DNA of 64,000 bases from Oligoflexales bacterium (GTDB taxonomy: Bacteria > Bdellovibrionota_B > Oligoflexia > Oligoflexales > Bog-1112): the NCBI GenBank assembly GCA_045106415.1, contig JBGCEP010000010.1:1-64000 (forward strand), read 5' to 3'. The stretch's first letter is position 1, and every line of letters begins with the position of its first letter. The notes beneath the pieces were generated by a model. That model had not been told where the DNA came from. It was given only the letters and a program-made list of their open reading frames with translations, and did no database searches. A program made the translations under genes and the position numbers. This document shows positions 60,622 through 64,000 of the stretch, one piece after another.

Positions 60622-61971
60622 ATGAGGGATCTGGTTTTGTTGCGAACATTTTTTCTTCTGTTATTATTTTTAATACCAAATCAGAGCCGTGCCCATTGGA
60701 AAGATCTTCCTTCAGAAATATGGGAGAGATCTATAGCTGAATATTTGACTCATAGCGATCAGGCTAAATGCTTTGCTGTGAATAAAGTCATGAAACAAAT
60801 GTTTCCGATTGTTCAGGCCCGTTTGGTTGAGTTTGCGCCTATTTCCTACTTTCGGTTATTACCAGATCATCAGCTTACGCATTTATTTGCATCACGTGAA
60901 AAGCCTTTTGAGTTTCAACGAGCTTTAGAATTGCACTCGAGTGTGAAATCGTCTTTTTTAGGAAAGTTTTTCTCTGTTTTTGAAAAGAAAAATTTAGCGT
61001 TGAGCTCGAATGATATTGCTCTATGGCAGACTCATGGAAACCGGATGTTTTTCATGATGTATTTAGAAGCAGCGCTTTTTCAACGCTTTGATGAGCGCTT
61101 TGAAGCTCAAAGAAAAGAGCACAGTGATGGTAGTGGAAAAAGTTTGCAAAAAATACGCGCTACTGTTTACCCAAGAATTCTACAGGCTGTAACAGCATTG
61201 ACTGAAAATACTGATGCATCCATGCTGACTGAGGTCGAAGCCGTATCACAAGTGCTAGCACTTGAAAGCCAGAGTTGGCCTCTAAGTCGAGAATTTTTTC
61301 GAGATGTGGAATTTCTTGAAGAACAAGTCGACTTATATCGATCAGGTTTAAAATCTTCGAGAAATTTTGATGATCTTGATCTCATCACTCTTATTGGAGA
61401 ACAGGATTATACCTACTCTTACTCAATAGGAAGGCGTATTGTCTTAAGATTGTGTGACGAATTGGCTTTGAAGGGCTGGGCTGATGAACAAGTGATTGTC
61501 GCTGCTATGACCTTGAGTGTGGAAATATTGTTTTCTGCTTGTCGTTACCTTTTACCACTTGCTTCTTATTCTCAAAATAATTTATCAATGGTGGTTCCCT
61601 CGGCTGTTGTTGTTATGTGTGTTTTATTGCCACTTTTTCCATTGCTGGCACATGATTTGGACGATTTTGCAGTTACGTCTTTGGGGCAATCCAAGAAAAT
61701 CTATGAATCAATGTATTCTGCGACATCTCCTTCAGATATTTATGTGAACTTTGAAGAAGAAAGAATTTTGACGTATAGCCCTCTGAGGCCTAGGCCACGA
61801 AGGAACCTCATGTTTTCAGATGATATTTTATCATCAAAGCAACAGTGGGTTGAATTTAAAAATACTTTTTTTAAAGATTTATCCAAAGAAGAAATTGAAT
61901 ATATGAAACCATGGTTTTCACAGTTAGATCGGGTGCAGATGCAGGTTGAGGATTTGACTCCTCAGCTTTGA
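60622..61971 (+). CDS. Hypothetical protein with signal peptide and F-box-like motif
   Basis: Leader ending SRA, then WKDLPSEIWERSIAEYLTHSDQAKCFAVNKVMKQM; two hydrophobic segments near the C-terminus. Confidence 0.6.
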   Translation: MRDLVLLRTFFLLLLFLIPNQSRAHWKDLPSEIWERSIAEYLTHSDQAKCFAVNKVMKQMFPIVQARLVEFAPISYFRLLPDHQLTHLFASREKPFEFQRALELHSSVKSSFLGKFFSVFEKKNLALSSNDIALWQTHGNRMFFMMYLEAALFQRFDERFEAQRKEHSDGSGKSLQKIRATVYPRILQAVTALTENTDASMLTEVEAVSQVLALESQSWPLSREFFRDVEFLEEQVDLYRSGLKSSRNFDDLDLITLIGEQDYTYSYSIGRRIVLRLCDELALKGWADEQVIVAAMTLSVEILFSACRYLLPLASYSQNNLSMVVPSAVVVMCVLLPLFPLLAHDLDDFAVTSLGQSKKIYESMYSATSPSDIYVNFEEERILTYSPLRPRPRRNLMFSDDILSSKQQWVEFKNTFFKDLSKEEIEYMKPWFSQLDRVQMQVEDLTPQL

Positions 61972-62104
61972 GGACATTGAATGCGTACTCATCTTTTTGA
62001 TAAAAACATATGTATGAATGAAAACACACTCTACTTGAGGTGTAGAGATCAAAAGTGGCTTGTGAGTGTGTTGGGTATCTCTTTCTCAACTGTTCCTTGA
62101 GATT

Positions 62105-62530
62105 TAGAATCTGTCTGGCTGTTTTTTAAGACCTTTTATGGCAATTGAGAGATTTTTTTATAGCAATCCTGGTGCTGCCGATAAAATTCATAGATTCTTG
62201 ATGATTAGATTTTTTCATAGTTCCTTATAAATCTTCTTTGACGATTCAGCCATGCAAATGATATCTCTCTACAACCCAACGGAAATCCTGTGGCACAAAG
62301 CCTTTTTCTCCCTCTTTTCTTCAGTCCGATTCGATAGAATTCGGAATCCTGTATGAGGCGTCAACATCTCTGTAAGCCTTATCTCCAAGGGTGTTCTCAA
62401 GCCTGGAAAATTTTTTATCGTCATTGAGCTGGGGAGGCTCAGTCAAAAGATATAGAGAGATCAGTAAAACCTAGTTCATTAAGAACCATTGCTGCAATCG
62501 CTCTCTCCGTCGACATCTTTTAGGTAATTA
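62105..62530 (-). pseudogene. IS5-family (IS1031/IS427-like) transposase remnant with right end
   Basis: Frameshifted minus-strand peptides LENTLGDKAYRD, KGFVPQDFRWVVER, SFAWLNRQRRFIRNYEK; end sequence CAGACAGATTCTA; left boundary uncertain. Confidence 0.75.
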
Positions 62531-62644
62531 TCAATCTCATCAGTCAGATTTAAATCTTGCGTGAAGCCCTCCACAAGGCTAAGTGATTGCTTCTTTTAAT
62601 AGCAATTTGCTTCATCTATGATTGATCAATCCCGGATATTTGTC

Positions 62645-62676
62645 TTCTGCTCTCATTTTTAACAATGAGAGCAGAA
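62645..62676 (-). terminator. Hairpin just after the C1 peptidase stop codon
   Basis: TTCTGCTCTCATT-tttaac-AATGAGAGCAGAA. Confidence 0.7.
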
Positions 62677-62681
62677 ATTTT

Positions 62682-63638
62682 TTATGAAGAAGAGTCAGGG
62701 GTTTCTTCTTTTCCTATAGGTTGTTTGTAAGTTGCTTTTTCTCCAGGCGCTTGATCAGAATAATCGGAAAGATAATTTAGAGCTTTTATACTGATGAAAT
62801 AGCAGCGATATCTAGAGCAGTATTTGACAGGAAGGTAACCGTACCCTTGATCTCCCCACTTACTTCCCCACGAGTTCTTGAAGATGAAATAAGCGCCCCC
62901 AGGTGCGTTGCTGTCATACTTCAAACCAACCAGAGTGACAGAATGACCACCACGTTTTTTTCCTTTATGGCTAATGACTCCTTGGCGGGTTTTACTATGC
63001 CATGACTTGTTTGTAACTAGGCCAACAACCACAGGTCGCCCGTCTCTTAAAGATTGGTCGATCTCATCGAGGTTTTTTAAAGACGCGTAATCACCAATAG
63101 TAACAAAATCCGCGTTTTTGAGCCCGGAGTGTTTTTTTCCATAATATGGCCACGCCCATTCTGGAACTAAAGCTTCTTTGCTGGCAGTGCGAAGAGACCT
63201 TCTAGTGTTGTAATATTTGTATTGTGACCAGTGGTGCTTTTCTGAGAGGTCAGATCGAATTCCTGCGTTCATGGAAGCATGAAGTTCAACCCCTGCTACA
63301 ACTGAAAAGGATGTACACCATCCTCGTTTCCCTTGGCTTTTTACAGAAGTGTCGAAATAGCGTAAGTCGATATCTTCTTTTGGTGTGAGGTTTAAATGCA
63401 AGGGGTTGGCTTGATGGATTTGTGCAGGTTCAAGGCCTTCGAATAATAAATCCGTGTTGTCTACGACAGGCTGGTCTTCAGGGGCTGGTTGTTGTTCTTC
63501 TGATTGACTGGTGGGTGTGTTCATCATGCGAATGATATCTTTATTCTTAGCCCACTCGTTTTGACCACACGAACCCATGAGACTAAGCCCTGTGAGATAA
63601 AAAAATGTTTTGTATCTTCTCAAAAATATTGCCTTCAT
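62682..63638 (-). CDS. Papain-family (C1) cysteine peptidase lipoprotein
   Basis: QGKRGWCTSF, GGHSVTLVG, FIFKNSWG..WGD.GY; LMGSC lipobox; GGAGG RBS. Confidence 0.92.
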   Translation of the reverse strand: MKAIFLRRYKTFFYLTGLSLMGSCGQNEWAKNKDIIRMMNTPTSQSEEQQPAPEDQPVVDNTDLLFEGLEPAQIHQANPLHLNLTPKEDIDLRYFDTSVKSQGKRGWCTSFSVVAGVELHASMNAGIRSDLSEKHHWSQYKYYNTRRSLRTASKEALVPEWAWPYYGKKHSGLKNADFVTIGDYASLKNLDEIDQSLRDGRPVVVGLVTNKSWHSKTRQGVISHKGKKRGGHSVTLVGLKYDSNAPGGAYFIFKNSWGSKWGDQGYGYLPVKYCSRYRCYFISIKALNYLSDYSDQAPGEKATYKQPIGKEETPDSSS

Positions 63639-63779
63639 ATCTTCCTCCATTAGTAGGCTTGATTTATCGGATGGGAATCCGATGCCGCCACAGCACCCCC
63701 CTTCGACATTTTTTGTGAAGTCCTTGAGGGAATGTCCATTCACGGTGTATCGTGGAGTCTGCACCGTACGGAGAAAAAC

Positions 63780-64000
63780 ATGGCTCTTTTTCTAGGTTTA
63801 GATGTGGGTGGTACAAAAGTTGAAGCAGCTCTTGTCACCGATCAAGGAGAGGTTTTACGTCGGGATCGAGTCCCGACGATGAGGGAGAAAGGTTACGAAG
63901 ACCTTGTTCAACGAGTTGGTCAACTGTGTTTGAGCTTGGGTCTTTCTGATATTGAGGCTGTTGGCATAGGGATACCAGGAGTCGTGTGTCCGGAAACTAA
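63780..64000 (+). CDS. ROK-family sugar kinase or regulator (5' part, runs off the window)
   Basis: MALFLGLDVGGTKVEAALV...AVGIGIPGVV. Confidence 0.88.
   Translation, partial: MALFLGLDVGGTKVEAALVTDQGEVLRRDRVPTMREKGYEDLVQRVGQLCLSLGLSDIEAVGIGIPGVVCPET

Noticed and set aside
63639..63764. N-terminal extension of the C1 peptidase ORF
   Set aside because: A strong RBS and lipoprotein signal support the start at 63638; the extension spans the divergent promoter region

Overview
A gene-dense, AT-rich bacterial chromosomal window. The gene content suggests a deltaproteobacteria-like organism, possibly Oligoflexia/Bdellovibrionota; this is an inference only. Housekeeping genes: groES-groEL, a MoxR-DUF58-Bat operon, serA, queC, nadB, pgsA, glpX, a large class A PBP, an HtrA protease, tkt and a partial ROK gene. 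Motility and signalling genes: an MCP, an acidic flagellin, a REC-GGDEF protein, two CheZ/MCP-tail-like paralogues and several sigma28-like promoters. Mobile DNA: a decayed IS3-family element flanked by two inverted copies of the 3' end of a different IS3-family (IS2-like) element, and an IS5-family remnant absent from the ORF track. Most notable loci: (1) an uncharacterised DUF2760 + two atypical Hsp70 operon, in which DUF2760 looks like a membrane-anchored GrpE; (2) a bufferin-type RiPP cluster (DUF2282-DUF692-DUF2063) lacking DoxX; (3) hints of eukaryote association, namely a TLC/NTT nucleotide translocase and a secreted protein with an F-box-like motif. No rRNA, tRNA or CRISPR array was recognised. 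All family calls come from motif recognition by eye, not database searches.
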